A stretch of DNA of 64,000 bases, from positions 164,697-228,696 of the forward strand of contig CAXFSR010000043.1 in assembly GCA_964005815.1 (NCBI GenBank), written 5' to 3'. The DNA is from an uncultured Nitrospinaceae bacterium (GTDB taxonomy: Bacteria > UBA8248). Both the position numbers and the translations under genes were made by a program. Position 1 is the stretch's first letter, and each line of letters opens with the position of its first letter. A model generated the notes under the pieces. It did not search any database and had not been told where the DNA came from. It saw nothing but the letters and a program-made list of their open reading frames with translations. Positions 48,844-58,695 of the stretch are shown here, piece after piece.

Positions 48844-50288
48844 TGATAGAAATTCTAGACGATCATCCTCGTGAAGAATGTGCAGTAACTGGCATATACG
48901 GTCATCCCGAAGCTGCAAATATGGCTTATTTGAATCTATATGCACTACAACATAGAGGACAAGAAAGTTCTGGGATAACAACATCTAATGGGAAGAAAAT
49001 ACATTCCGAAGTTGGAATGGGACTAGTTTCCGATATTTTTAATAAAGATAGGCTTTCAAGATTACAAGGGCACATTGCAATTGGCCATAATAGATATTCT
49101 ACCGCTGGACACTCTAACATAGAGAATGCTCAACCATTAACAGTTGTCACTGCCAATCAAACCATTTCTCTCGCGCACAATGGAAATCTTATAAATGGAA
49201 TAGAACTTAGAAATGACCTTGAGAAAAATGGTTCTATTTTTCGGACCACTACTGACAGCGAAGCTATACTCCATTTGATAGCTAAATCAAAAGAAGAAGA
49301 AATAGAGAATTCTATTATCGAAGCATTAAGAATGTTAAAAGGTGCATTTGCACTCACTATTATGACTCATGATAAATTATTCGGAATAAGAGATCCGAAC
49401 GGTTTTCGTCCACTAGTTCTGGGAAAAGTTACTGGTTCAAAAGGAGAAATAGCCTGGGTTATGTGCAGTGAAACTTGTGCGTTAGATCTTATGGATGCAG
49501 AATTTGTAAGAGAAGTTGAACCAGGAGAAATGGTGGTGATAGGAAAAAATGGATTAGAAAGTTACAAACCGTTTCCTAAAACCAGTGTTACGCAGTGTAT
49601 TTTTGAGTTTATATATTTTGCACGTCCTGATAGCTTTTTATTTGGACACAATGCATACACAATAAGAAAACAGCTTGGTGCTGAATTAGCAAAAGAAAGT
49701 GGTATTGATGCGGATTTAGTAGTACCGGTTCCAGATTCGGGTTTAGCTGCGGCCCTAGGATATTCAAATGAATCAGGAATCCCTTTAGAAATGGGTTTAG
49801 TAAGAAATCATTATGTAGGAAGGACTTTTATTGAACCACAACAATCTATAAGACATTTTGGTGTAAAGATTAAATTGAATCCTATAAAAAATTATCTAGT
49901 TGGCAAGAAAGTTGTAGTTATTGACGATTCAATAGTAAGAGGAACTACAAGTAACAAAATAGTAGAAATGATACGGACTGCAGGGGCAAAAGAAGTTCAT
50001 ATGAAAATAAGTTCACCCCCAATCACAAATCCATGTTTCTTTGGAATTGATATGCCGAGCAAAAAGGAATTAATAGCTTCAACTAAAAGTCCTGATCAGA
50101 TAAAAGACATTCTAGAAGTAGACTCTCTAAGCTATCTTTCAATAGAAGGACTTTTAAAGTGTGTAAGTCCAAACGAAGATGAGTACTGCATTGCCTGTTT
50201 TAATGGCGAATACCCTATTCCAGTTGAACAAGCCCAAAATCAGTTAAACCTATTTAAAAATCTTTCAATAAGTGAACATCGTGGGTAA
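48843..50288 (+). CDS. purF: Amidophosphoribosyltransferase (propeptide, Fe-S type)
   Basis: REECAV, QHRGQES, CIFEFIYFARPDS, DDSIVRGTT, CIAC; start moved to ATG 48843. Confidence 0.97.
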   Translation: MIEILDDHPREECAVTGIYGHPEAANMAYLNLYALQHRGQESSGITTSNGKKIHSEVGMGLVSDIFNKDRLSRLQGHIAIGHNRYSTAGHSNIENAQPLTVVTANQTISLAHNGNLINGIELRNDLEKNGSIFRTTTDSEAILHLIAKSKEEEIENSIIEALRMLKGAFALTIMTHDKLFGIRDPNGFRPLVLGKVTGSKGEIAWVMCSETCALDLMDAEFVREVEPGEMVVIGKNGLESYKPFPKTSVTQCIFEFIYFARPDSFLFGHNAYTIRKQLGAELAKESGIDADLVVPVPDSGLAAALGYSNESGIPLEMGLVRNHYVGRTFIEPQQSIRHFGVKIKLNPIKNYLVGKKVVVIDDSIVRGTTSNKIVEMIRTAGAKEVHMKISSPPITNPCFFGIDMPSKKELIASTKSPDQIKDILEVDSLSYLSIEGLLKCVSPNEDEYCIACFNGEYPIPVEQAQNQLNLFKNLSISEHRG

Positions 50289-50327
50289 GTTTAAAAAATA
50301 ACTAGCAAGGAAAGAGAATAAGCAAAA

Positions 50328-51929
50328 ATGATAAGAATATTTTTTGTCTTGACGGTATTTGCTCTTTTCTTGTCAAGTTGTGCTTCTAATGTTCAAAAGA
50401 TTGATACCAAAGTAAAGCATCCTAAAAAAATAACAAAAAAAGAAGAAATAAAAAAAGAACTCACTGTAAAACTTATTCCAAAGCAAAATTTGGAATTTAG
50501 TCCACCTCATGACATTATTTTACCTACTCCAGAAAAAAGTATTGATGAAACAACCAAAACTAAATTACCTAAAAATCTTACTCCAAATGGGTTCCGATTT
50601 GATATTCCAATAAATAGAAGTTCGAGAGTCGACAGATGGATTAAATTTTTCACTTCATCAAGATATAGAAATCGATTCAAACTATTTATAGAAAGAAGTG
50701 GAAGATATATACCTCTTTTCAAAAGAATTCTAAGAGAAAACAAAATTCCTGAAGATTTAGCGTATTTAGTACTTATAGAAAGTGGATTCAATTTGCGAGC
50801 TAGATCAAGAGCAGGCGCAGTTGGCCCATGGCAATTTATGCCTGCCACTGGAAGGAGATTCGGACTTAGAATAAACTACTATTTGGACGAAAGACGCGAC
50901 CCTATAAAATCGACAAAAGCGGCTGCAAATTATCTCAAAAAACTTTATGAACAATTTCAGGATTGGCATTTAGCATTAGCTGCATACAATGCAGGAGAGA
51001 ACAGAATACAAAGAATACTTAAAAAAACAAGAAAAAAAACATATTGGGAAATCATCAGAACTAGATACGTACCCAACGAAACGAAGCAATATGTATCTAA
51101 ATATATAGCGGGTTTAATTTTAGCAAAGTATCCAAAAGTTTTCGGTTTCGTAAATTTAAACTACAATCTTCCTCTTGAAACTGAGTCAGTTATATTGCCA
51201 AGAGGAATTAGCCTAAGACTAGCCTCCAAATTATCGCAAATGAGTGTAAAAGATCTCAGGAAGTATAACCCCCAATTAAGAAGATGGCAGACTCCTCCTG
51301 GAAGTGGTCATACGATCCAGCTTCCAAAATGGAAAGCAAGGATTTTCATTTCACGCCTGAGCAAACTTCCTAAAAGAACCTACATCCGTTCAGGTAAATA
51401 TAAAATACAACCCGGAGATACTTTCAGTTCTATTGCTATAAGGTTGAGAATCCCCATGTCAACACTAATGGAATTCAATCCAAACGTTGCCCCTAAGCTT
51501 TTAAAAGTGGGGAAATATATTCAGTTGCCAAAGCTTAAGAAAACGAAAAGGAAAATTGCCAAGAAATATTTAAACTCCAAAGAAACTACACACTTGGTTA
51601 AACATGGAGAAACCATTTCAGGAATAGCTAGAAAATATAACACAACTACATATAATATTTTGAAAACTAATGATATAACGCGCGCGAATCTAATCTTTGT
51701 TGGGGATGTTTTAATAATCAAGAAAAATATGAAATTGACCAAATCTAAATTCAAGAAGAAAAAATTCAATGTAAAGAATAAAGTAAAAAAACACCTTGTT
51801 AGAAAAGGAGAAAATATTTCTCGCATTGCGAAAAAATATAGAATTAAAGTAAAGACACTCCTTCAACTAAACAAAACACGTCCTTCAGGTATTATTTATC
51901 CTGGTGATATAATTATAATAAGAAAATAG
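50328..51929 (+). CDS. MltD-like lytic transglycosylase lipoprotein with LysM domains
   Basis: Lipobox LSSC, IESGF..A.S.AGAVGPWQFMPATG, AAYNAGE, ET..YV, three clear LysM repeats. Confidence 0.9.
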   Translation: MIRIFFVLTVFALFLSSCASNVQKIDTKVKHPKKITKKEEIKKELTVKLIPKQNLEFSPPHDIILPTPEKSIDETTKTKLPKNLTPNGFRFDIPINRSSRVDRWIKFFTSSRYRNRFKLFIERSGRYIPLFKRILRENKIPEDLAYLVLIESGFNLRARSRAGAVGPWQFMPATGRRFGLRINYYLDERRDPIKSTKAAANYLKKLYEQFQDWHLALAAYNAGENRIQRILKKTRKKTYWEIIRTRYVPNETKQYVSKYIAGLILAKYPKVFGFVNLNYNLPLETESVILPRGISLRLASKLSQMSVKDLRKYNPQLRRWQTPPGSGHTIQLPKWKARIFISRLSKLPKRTYIRSGKYKIQPGDTFSSIAIRLRIPMSTLMEFNPNVAPKLLKVGKYIQLPKLKKTKRKIAKKYLNSKETTHLVKHGETISGIARKYNTTTYNILKTNDITRANLIFVGDVLIIKKNMKLTKSKFKKKKFNVKNKVKKHLVRKGENISRIAKKYRIKVKTLLQLNKTRPSGIIYPGDIIIIRK

Positions 51930-52018
51930 TCTTTTCTAAATTGGATTGATTACAAAGTGATTAAATCTAAATATAATCTTAATTTAGTTAAATAATTTAA
52001 TTAGTTGAAAGTTAATAA

Positions 52019-53038
52019 ATGAAAATAAATATTAAAAATTTAAGTTCAACTATTTTCTTTTTAATTTTGTTTGTTTCAATACAAGGCTGCTTTTCCAAAC
52101 CAAAAGAAGGTGCTCCCCCAGGCAGATTATTGACAATAGGACAAGTCGACCTTGATTCTGAAAGATATGAAAACGCAAAAAAAGCTTTTGAATTACTTTT
52201 AAAAAAATATCCAAATAGCAAACACAGAAGAAAAGCTCTCTTTAATCTTGCTGAAGTTTACTATCGAGATGAAGAATATTTAGAAGCGCAAGTACAATTC
52301 ACAGAGTTTGTCCAACTTTATCCTATTAGCAAACTTACTGACAGAGCTTATTATCTACTCGCTATGTCTTACTATAATGTTACCAACTACCATGACCAAG
52401 ACCAAGAAAATACACATAATGCACTAAAAAACTTCAAACAATTATTGGCAAGATTTCCAAAAAGCGAGTATAGACAAAAAGCCCTTCAAAAAATAAAAGA
52501 AATAAATGAATTTTTATCTGAACACGATTATGCAATCGCCTTTTTCTATTTCAAAAAAGAGCATAATGTTTCTTGCATACCTAGATTCAGAAAAATTATT
52601 CTCAAATATCCAGAATCACTAAAGGTTAAAGAGAAATCTCTTTTTTATCTAGGAAATGCATATTTCAAAGAACAAAGTTATGAAAAGGCTTGGAGGGCAT
52701 TCATGCAATTGTTAAAGGAATTCCCTCGAACAGAACTAAGAAATGACACTATGCGATTTTTAAATTCAATTAAAATGGCTTCTATAGAATTTAAAAATAA
52801 GCAAATTCACAAAGAAGAAAAAGGATTCGGATTATTTAATTTTTTTAAAGACACTGCACAAATTAAAAAAAAGGTGAAAAAGCCAAAAAAAATTAAAATA
52901 GATAATTCAATCTTAAAAAAAGAGAGCAAAAATAGTTTTAATTTCTTTGATTTTTTCAAAAAAGAACCTACAAAAGAAAAAGAAACTAAAAATGACAAGA
53001 ACAAAAAAGGATTCAATTTCTTAAAGATATTCAAATAA
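52019..53038 (+). CDS. bamD: Outer membrane protein assembly factor BamD with C-terminal extension
   Basis: Lipobox IQGC, TPRs with YPxS, DQDQENTHNAL..F..L..RFPKSEY, HDYAIAFFYFK. Confidence 0.85.
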   Translation: MKINIKNLSSTIFFLILFVSIQGCFSKPKEGAPPGRLLTIGQVDLDSERYENAKKAFELLLKKYPNSKHRRKALFNLAEVYYRDEEYLEAQVQFTEFVQLYPISKLTDRAYYLLAMSYYNVTNYHDQDQENTHNALKNFKQLLARFPKSEYRQKALQKIKEINEFLSEHDYAIAFFYFKKEHNVSCIPRFRKIILKYPESLKVKEKSLFYLGNAYFKEQSYEKAWRAFMQLLKEFPRTELRNDTMRFLNSIKMASIEFKNKQIHKEEKGFGLFNFFKDTAQIKKKVKKPKKIKIDNSILKKESKNSFNFFDFFKKEPTKEKETKNDKNKKGFNFLKIFK

Positions 53039-53077
53039 AAAGAGATATTTTTAAAAACAACTAATACAGGATAACTT

Positions 53078-53596
53078 TTGAATTTATCAAACACGTTAAC
53101 TTGTTCGAGAATACTCTTAATTCCTTTAGTCGTATTATTCTTAATTGAAGGGTCTAGAGATTCTAATCAATTTGCAGCATTCTTCTTTATTCTTGCAACA
53201 TTTACTGATTGGCTTGACGGTCACCTTGCAAGAACAAGAAATCAAACAACATCTTTAGGAGCAATTTTAGACCCCATTGCTGATAAATTATTAATTATAT
53301 CGGCATTGCTACCTCTGGTCTCACTAGGAAGAGTTGACTCATGGCTTGCCGGTATCATTATTGGAAGAGAGTTCCTTGTAACTGTACTCAGAGGATTTGC
53401 AATTAACGAAGGAACAATCATGCCAGCCCAAACTATGGGAAAGTGGAAGATGGGATTAGAAGTAGTATCCATTACCATGCTTATTTTGAATTTATTCCCT
53501 CTAATAGCTAAATATTTATTGATTTTAGCTATGATTTTAGCTGTCGTTTCAGGAATTGAATACTTCAGAAAAGCAGTTAAGGAAATTTTCCAATGA
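53078..53596 (+). CDS. pgsA: CDP-diacylglycerol--glycerol-3-phosphate 3-phosphatidyltransferase
   Basis: NLSNTLT.SRI, TDWLDGHLAR..LGAILDPIADK, GREFLVT. Confidence 0.93.
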   Translation: MNLSNTLTCSRILLIPLVVLFLIEGSRDSNQFAAFFFILATFTDWLDGHLARTRNQTTSLGAILDPIADKLLIISALLPLVSLGRVDSWLAGIIIGREFLVTVLRGFAINEGTIMPAQTMGKWKMGLEVVSITMLILNLFPLIAKYLLILAMILAVVSGIEYFRKAVKEIFQ

Positions 53597-54189
53597 TTTC
53601 TATAATTTTTTGTCTTTTCTTTTCATTTCTTTTAGGATCTATTCCTTTTGGAATTGTGTTTTCTCGTTTGTTTGGCATGAAAGATCCTAGAAAAGTAGGA
53701 AGTGGAAATATAGGTGCCACCAATGTTTTACGATCTTCTGGGAACAAAAGTATTGCTGTTTTAACTTTAATCGCAGATATAGCAAAAGGAAGTATTGTAG
53801 TTTTAATAGGAACCCAAATTCAAAATCGATACAATTTATTTTTCACACCTGAACTTCTCTGCGGATTAGCCGCAATACTTGGACATATTTTCTCGCCCTT
53901 CGTAAAATTTCGAGGAGGAAAAGGAGTTGCGACTGCATTAGGAGTTTTCTTTTCTCTAACTCCTTATCTTTCTTTACTCTCATTAGGGATTTTTGTTCTT
54001 ATTGCAGTTACTTCTAGAATTGTATCTATAAGTTCTCTTCTTGCTGTTATTACCTTCCCCATTTCTGCATATTTTCTTAACTATTCTCTAAATTTAATTT
54101 TCCTATCAATAATCATTGCCTTTCTTATCTTTTTTAGGCATAAAGAAAACATTGTGCGACTCATTAATGGAGCCGAAAACAAATTCTGA
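53593..54189 (+). CDS. plsY: Glycerol-3-phosphate acyltransferase
   Basis: LGSIPFG, GSGNIGATNVLR, FRGGKGVAT, RHKENI.RL..G.E. Confidence 0.96.
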   Translation: MISIIFCLFFSFLLGSIPFGIVFSRLFGMKDPRKVGSGNIGATNVLRSSGNKSIAVLTLIADIAKGSIVVLIGTQIQNRYNLFFTPELLCGLAAILGHIFSPFVKFRGGKGVATALGVFFSLTPYLSLLSLGIFVLIAVTSRIVSISSLLAVITFPISAYFLNYSLNLIFLSIIIAFLIFFRHKENIVRLINGAENKF

Positions 54190-54224
54190 GTTGTGCTTTC
54201 AGTTAGAATTCGCTAGGAGATGAA

Positions 54225-54575
54225 ATGCTTACAGGTTGTGCCCCCTTCTTTTTAATTGGCTTAATTGGTCTAGCAGCCGGAAGTTGGATTTTTGGAACTC
54301 ATGTTGCAGCAAGACTTACTGCTATATCTTTTCTATTAATTTTTCTTCTTTATTTTGCACTTCTTAATTGGACAGCCAGAACTAGGATGAAAAACAAGAA
54401 AAATTCAAAAACAGAAGATATCCCTACAAATCCACCGTCTAATGAAAAGACTATGACAGAACAAGAAAAAGAAGACTGGTACGATTATCTTGGAAGTGAG
54501 GGAAAACTGCTTTGGTTAGGAGTTCTTGTATTACTTGTTGCATTTCTTACATTATTAATTCGTTCTTTCAAATAG
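54225..54575 (+). CDS. Hypothetical small membrane protein (three predicted TM)
   Basis: AGGAG RBS, hydrophobic segments around a charged loop; no recognised motif. Confidence 0.6.
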   Translation: MLTGCAPFFLIGLIGLAAGSWIFGTHVAARLTAISFLLIFLLYFALLNWTARTRMKNKKNSKTEDIPTNPPSNEKTMTEQEKEDWYDYLGSEGKLLWLGVLVLLVAFLTLLIRSFK

Positions 54576-54587
54576 ATATCTCTAATT

Positions 54588-55418
54588 TCAATCTATTGGA
54601 TTCTTTTCAGAATATAAGTGAACATCTCTTTGTGGAAATGGTATTGTGAAACCACTCGACTCTAATTTCAGTTTCGATTCTCTTCTCAATTCAAAAGAAA
54701 CATCCCAGAAATCTTTGCTTGCAACCCAACAACGCATTTTCAGATTTACAGAACTGTCAGCAAGTTCATCTACAAGAACCTTTGGAGCGGGATTCTCAAG
54801 CACTCTTGATTCTAATCTCAAAACTTCCAAGAGTGCTTCAATCGCTTTATCAACATCATCTTCATAACTAATACCAACTACAGAATCAATTCTCCTTGTT
54901 GGAAAACGCGAATAATTCCTAATTGTACTACTCCAAAGAGTAGAATTAGGAACTGAAACATAGATACCATCAAACGTCTTCAAATTTGTAGAAAAAAGCC
55001 CTATCTCTACTACAGTTCCTGCAACACCTTCTGCGTCAATATATTCACCCACCTTCAACGGAGACAATAGAATCAACATCACACCGGACGCAATATTAGA
55101 AAGTGTCCCTTGAAGTGCAAGCCCTATAGCTAAACCAGCAGCACCGAGAACTGTAATTATACTCGCAGTCTGAACTCCAAACTGTGCAAGAACGGCTGCA
55201 ACTACAAAAACATATATAGAATAGCGTATAATATTGAGTATCAAAGGTTTCAGCGTAGTATCTAAACCAGGGACACGTTCCATACCCCTATTCACTAAGC
55301 GTGTAAACCAATTGGCAAAAATCTTCCCTAAAATCAGAATAATTAATGCGCCAATTATATTCAACAAGTAGGTTACGAGAACAGAACTACTCTTTGCTAA
55401 AATTACATACCAATCCAA
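54588..55418 (-). CDS. mscS: Small-conductance mechanosensitive channel
   Basis: GAAGLAIGLALQGTLSNIASG, VPNS, ISYEDD, IPFPQRDVH. Confidence 0.93.
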   Translation of the reverse strand: MDWYVILAKSSSVLVTYLLNIIGALIILILGKIFANWFTRLVNRGMERVPGLDTTLKPLILNIIRYSIYVFVVAAVLAQFGVQTASIITVLGAAGLAIGLALQGTLSNIASGVMLILLSPLKVGEYIDAEGVAGTVVEIGLFSTNLKTFDGIYVSVPNSTLWSSTIRNYSRFPTRRIDSVVGISYEDDVDKAIEALLEVLRLESRVLENPAPKVLVDELADSSVNLKMRCWVASKDFWDVSFELRRESKLKLESSGFTIPFPQRDVHLYSEKNPID

Positions 55419-55479
55419 ATGTTACACTCCTTAAAAATATTTATACCCAGAATAACAAAAAAAAGTTTGCAAACGAAAA

Positions 55480-56598
55480 TTATTTTTTATTCTTATAAAA
55501 TTGTTCTACGTTTTCTACTACAAAAGATTGTTCTTCAACTTTCAAACCTGGGAAAATAGGCAATGACAAGACTTCTCTACATGCTAGTTCACACTCTGGA
55601 AAATCACCAATTTTGTAATCCAAATATTGAAAACAGGGCTGAAGATGTAAGGGTTCCGTATAATAAATTCCAGTACTAATATTTTTTGATTGTAGATAAT
55701 TTCTTAATTCTTCTCTATACCCTACCCTAACGACATATTGATGAAAAACATGTCCATCTTCTAACACTCTAGGAGTCCGCACAAATTCCTGAATCCCTAG
55801 TTCTTCTATAAATTGATTGTAATTCTTCGCTAACTTTAGTCTTTCGTTATTCCACTCTTCTATTTTTTTTAATTTCACCAACAATACGGCAGCTTGTAAC
55901 GTATCTAAGCGAAAATTACCCCCTATCGACTCATATATCTTACCGTCAGAAGAACCATGAATTCGTAGTGATGTTATTCGTTTTGCTAACTCATCACTTG
56001 AGGTAGTTATCATTCCAGCATCCCCAAATGCACCTAAATTTTTAGTAGGATAAAATGAAAAACACCCAATGTCACCAACAGAACCTGCCATTCCATTTTT
56101 ATCCTTTGCACCCAATGCCTGTGCCACATCTTCAATAATTGAAAAATCAAAATCCGATTTTAAATTAATCAAAGAATCTAATTTTGCCATTCGTCCATAG
56201 ATATGAACTGGAATAATTGCCTTCGTTTTTTCATTTATTACCGCAGAAATATCAGACGTATCTAAATTCAAACTTTCTCTTTCCACATCTACAAAAACAG
56301 GTCTTGCACCTAACCGAGCGATAACACTCGCTGTAGAAAAAAAACTAAATGGTGTTGTTATAACTTCATCCCCGGCATTAATACCTAAACTCATCAAAGA
56401 GAGAAGCAGTGCATCAGTTCCAGAAGAAACGCCAAAAGCAAAAGAAGTTCCCGTATATTCGGCAATTTGTTTCTCAAGTTCTTTTACTTCTTGTCCCATA
56501 ATAAAATCCTGCCTTTCCATAACGGAATGCATTGACGAGACAATCTCTTTTTCAAGAACTCCTACGTGTCTTTCGAAATCATAAAGAGGCACAAACAT
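55480..56598 (-). CDS. DegT/DnrJ/EryC1/StrS nucleotide-sugar aminotransferase
   Basis: SSGTDAL, PVHIYG, EDVAQA, SFYPTKNLGAFGDAG, NFRLD. Confidence 0.93.
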   Translation of the reverse strand: MFVPLYDFERHVGVLEKEIVSSMHSVMERQDFIMGQEVKELEKQIAEYTGTSFAFGVSSGTDALLLSLMSLGINAGDEVITTPFSFFSTASVIARLGARPVFVDVERESLNLDTSDISAVINEKTKAIIPVHIYGRMAKLDSLINLKSDFDFSIIEDVAQALGAKDKNGMAGSVGDIGCFSFYPTKNLGAFGDAGMITTSSDELAKRITSLRIHGSSDGKIYESIGGNFRLDTLQAAVLLVKLKKIEEWNNERLKLAKNYNQFIEELGIQEFVRTPRVLEDGHVFHQYVVRVGYREELRNYLQSKNISTGIYYTEPLHLQPCFQYLDYKIGDFPECELACREVLSLPIFPGLKVEEQSFVVENVEQFYKNKK

Positions 56599-56631
56599 AA
56601 TTTATTACCTATAAACTAAATTAAAAGAATC

Positions 56632-57519
56632 TTAAAACCTAAAAATAATTACCAACATTCCACCTACTAAAACTATTAATGCTCCAAGTACTACCCGAAG
56701 GGTTAAAGTCTCTACTTTTTTCAAAAAGAAGAAACTTAAAATTAAGACCCAGAGTGTATTCAACCTGCTTACAGGAATAATAACGGAAATATCACCTTTA
56801 TGCATTGAATGCCACATAAAAATTGAAGCAAAAATATTAAAAAATGCTGCAATAGAGAAAAGTCGATATCCCATCTTTTCTGTTTTGCGAATAGAATCTT
56901 TAGGAAGAATTGGCCTGGTTAGACAAACGGCAATGGCTCCTGTGCCAAATGCAACTGACATTCCAAAAAATGGGGTGGCCTGGTATGAATAGGCGTATTT
57001 AAGAAAAACTGGCATTATTGAAAAAAGGATAGAGGCTGTTAATGAATAAATCAAACCACTCTTCAAATCTTCATTAGCAACTTCCTCTTGCTTCTTTTTT
57101 ACAGAAAGAGTCCATACTCCTGCAGCGATTAAGAATGTTCCCAAACAAACATAAAAGTTTGGTTTTTCATTCAAAAAAAAGACCGCAAATAAAACGCTCC
57201 AAATTGGCGTTACAGAGGTGATAGGAGCACTTCTATTAACTCCAATCTTTTGAATCCCTATCAGTGCAATTAGATGACCAATTCCAAATCCGACAATGCC
57301 AGTTACAATAAACCAAAAAAGCGCATGCATTGAGATCTCTGGAATCGTCTCTGTCTGCAGAGAGAAGATAAATCCTACTACACACACGAAGATATTGATG
57401 AAAAGTATGGCTACAAAGGGAGAACCATATTCAAGTCCTCTACGAAAAAAAATCAAGGTAATGGAGTAGAAAACCGATGCAGAAAGAGCCATAAAAGCTG
57501 GATCTATCGATAGGATCAA
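56632..57519 (-). CDS. DMT/EamA family transporter
   Basis: About ten TM in two EamA-like halves (GVNRSAPIT..P....LFAVFFLNEK). Confidence 0.85.
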   Translation of the reverse strand: MILSIDPAFMALSASVFYSITLIFFRRGLEYGSPFVAILFINIFVCVVGFIFSLQTETIPEISMHALFWFIVTGIVGFGIGHLIALIGIQKIGVNRSAPITSVTPIWSVLFAVFFLNEKPNFYVCLGTFLIAAGVWTLSVKKKQEEVANEDLKSGLIYSLTASILFSIMPVFLKYAYSYQATPFFGMSVAFGTGAIAVCLTRPILPKDSIRKTEKMGYRLFSIAAFFNIFASIFMWHSMHKGDISVIIPVSRLNTLWVLILSFFFLKKVETLTLRVVLGALIVLVGGMLVIIFRF

Positions 57520-57601
57520 AAGACTCTCCGATTTCTCAGCAGAACATTAGTGACGGATAGACTAAACTGAAGCATCTCTATACAGTATCAACTACACAAC
57601 C

Positions 57602-57630
57602 ATTCTACTCTTTTGCGTTTTTAAAGTCGA
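57602..57630 (-). promoter_or_regulatory. Sigma70-like promoter for the EamA/DegT genes
   Basis: Minus strand TCGACT-N17-TAGAAT. Confidence 0.4.
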
Positions 57631-57687
57631 TTTGTAAATTAATATCTTTTTTTTAGCATTTTTAGAGCATCAGTTCTGGAGAATAAT

Positions 57688-58677
57688 TTGGAATACAGAA
57701 GACTAGGAATGACCGATATCACTATTTCTGAAATTGGCTTTGGCACCGGTGGTATTAGTAAATTAATGGTAGAAGAAGATTTCAATGAACAGAGTTCCGC
57801 TGTTAACAAAGCTATAAAAAATGGAATCACTTACTTTGATACTGCAGCTGCATATGGAAAAGGAAAATCAGAGAAAAATCTAGGCCGAATTCTAAGCAAA
57901 AATTCTTCTAATTTTGTAGTTGGCACAAAAATAAGGCTTATTCCTGAACAATTAGAAAATGCATACAGTGAAGTAATAGAATCGGTTGAGGAGAGTTTGC
58001 ATAGACTTCAAAGAAGTTACATAGATATCATACAAATCCATAACTTTATCACTAAAGATAGAAATTGGCCTGTTCCACTATCCATTTCTCCTCATGATAT
58101 TTTCAAAGAACAAGGTATTTTAAAAGCTTTCAAAGAACTGCAGAAAAAAAATAAGGTGAGATACTTTGGAATTACTGGATTAGGGGACCCCCAAATCTTA
58201 GATGAAATTATAAACACAAACGAATTTCAAACTATTCAAATATATTACAATTTATTAAACCCTAGTGCAGGTTATCCCGTAAATAAAAAATTCACTGCTA
58301 TAGACTATAACTTACTCATAGAAAAATGCAAAAAAATAGGGATGGGAATCTTTGGAATACGATCTCTTGCCTTAGGTGCTCTCACTAACGATACAAACTT
58401 TCTTTCAGGAGATCTTCCCTTGCTTTCTATAGGTTCTGAATACTATAAGGATGTAGAAAGATCAGAAAAAATAAAATCTATTTTTGCAGAAAGCGATGAA
58501 AGTATTTCTCAAAGTTCCATTCGATTTATTCTAGACAATAATGCTATTTCATCTGTTCTTGTTGGATTTTCTAAAGAAAATCAGATTGATGAAATTACAG
58601 ATTGCTCTGGGAAACTTAAAATCAATGAAGAAAAAATGAAACAGATTAAAAGTCTATGGGATACAGACTTCCAATAA
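57688..58677 (+). CDS. Aldo/keto reductase
   Basis: YRRLG.T...ISEIGFG, FDTAAAYG.G.SE, GTK, DIIQIH. Confidence 0.92.
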   Translation: MEYRRLGMTDITISEIGFGTGGISKLMVEEDFNEQSSAVNKAIKNGITYFDTAAAYGKGKSEKNLGRILSKNSSNFVVGTKIRLIPEQLENAYSEVIESVEESLHRLQRSYIDIIQIHNFITKDRNWPVPLSISPHDIFKEQGILKAFKELQKKNKVRYFGITGLGDPQILDEIINTNEFQTIQIYYNLLNPSAGYPVNKKFTAIDYNLLIEKCKKIGMGIFGIRSLALGALTNDTNFLSGDLPLLSIGSEYYKDVERSEKIKSIFAESDESISQSSIRFILDNNAISSVLVGFSKENQIDEITDCSGKLKINEEKMKQIKSLWDTDFQ

Positions 58678-58695
58678 AATGAAGAGGAAGACAAT

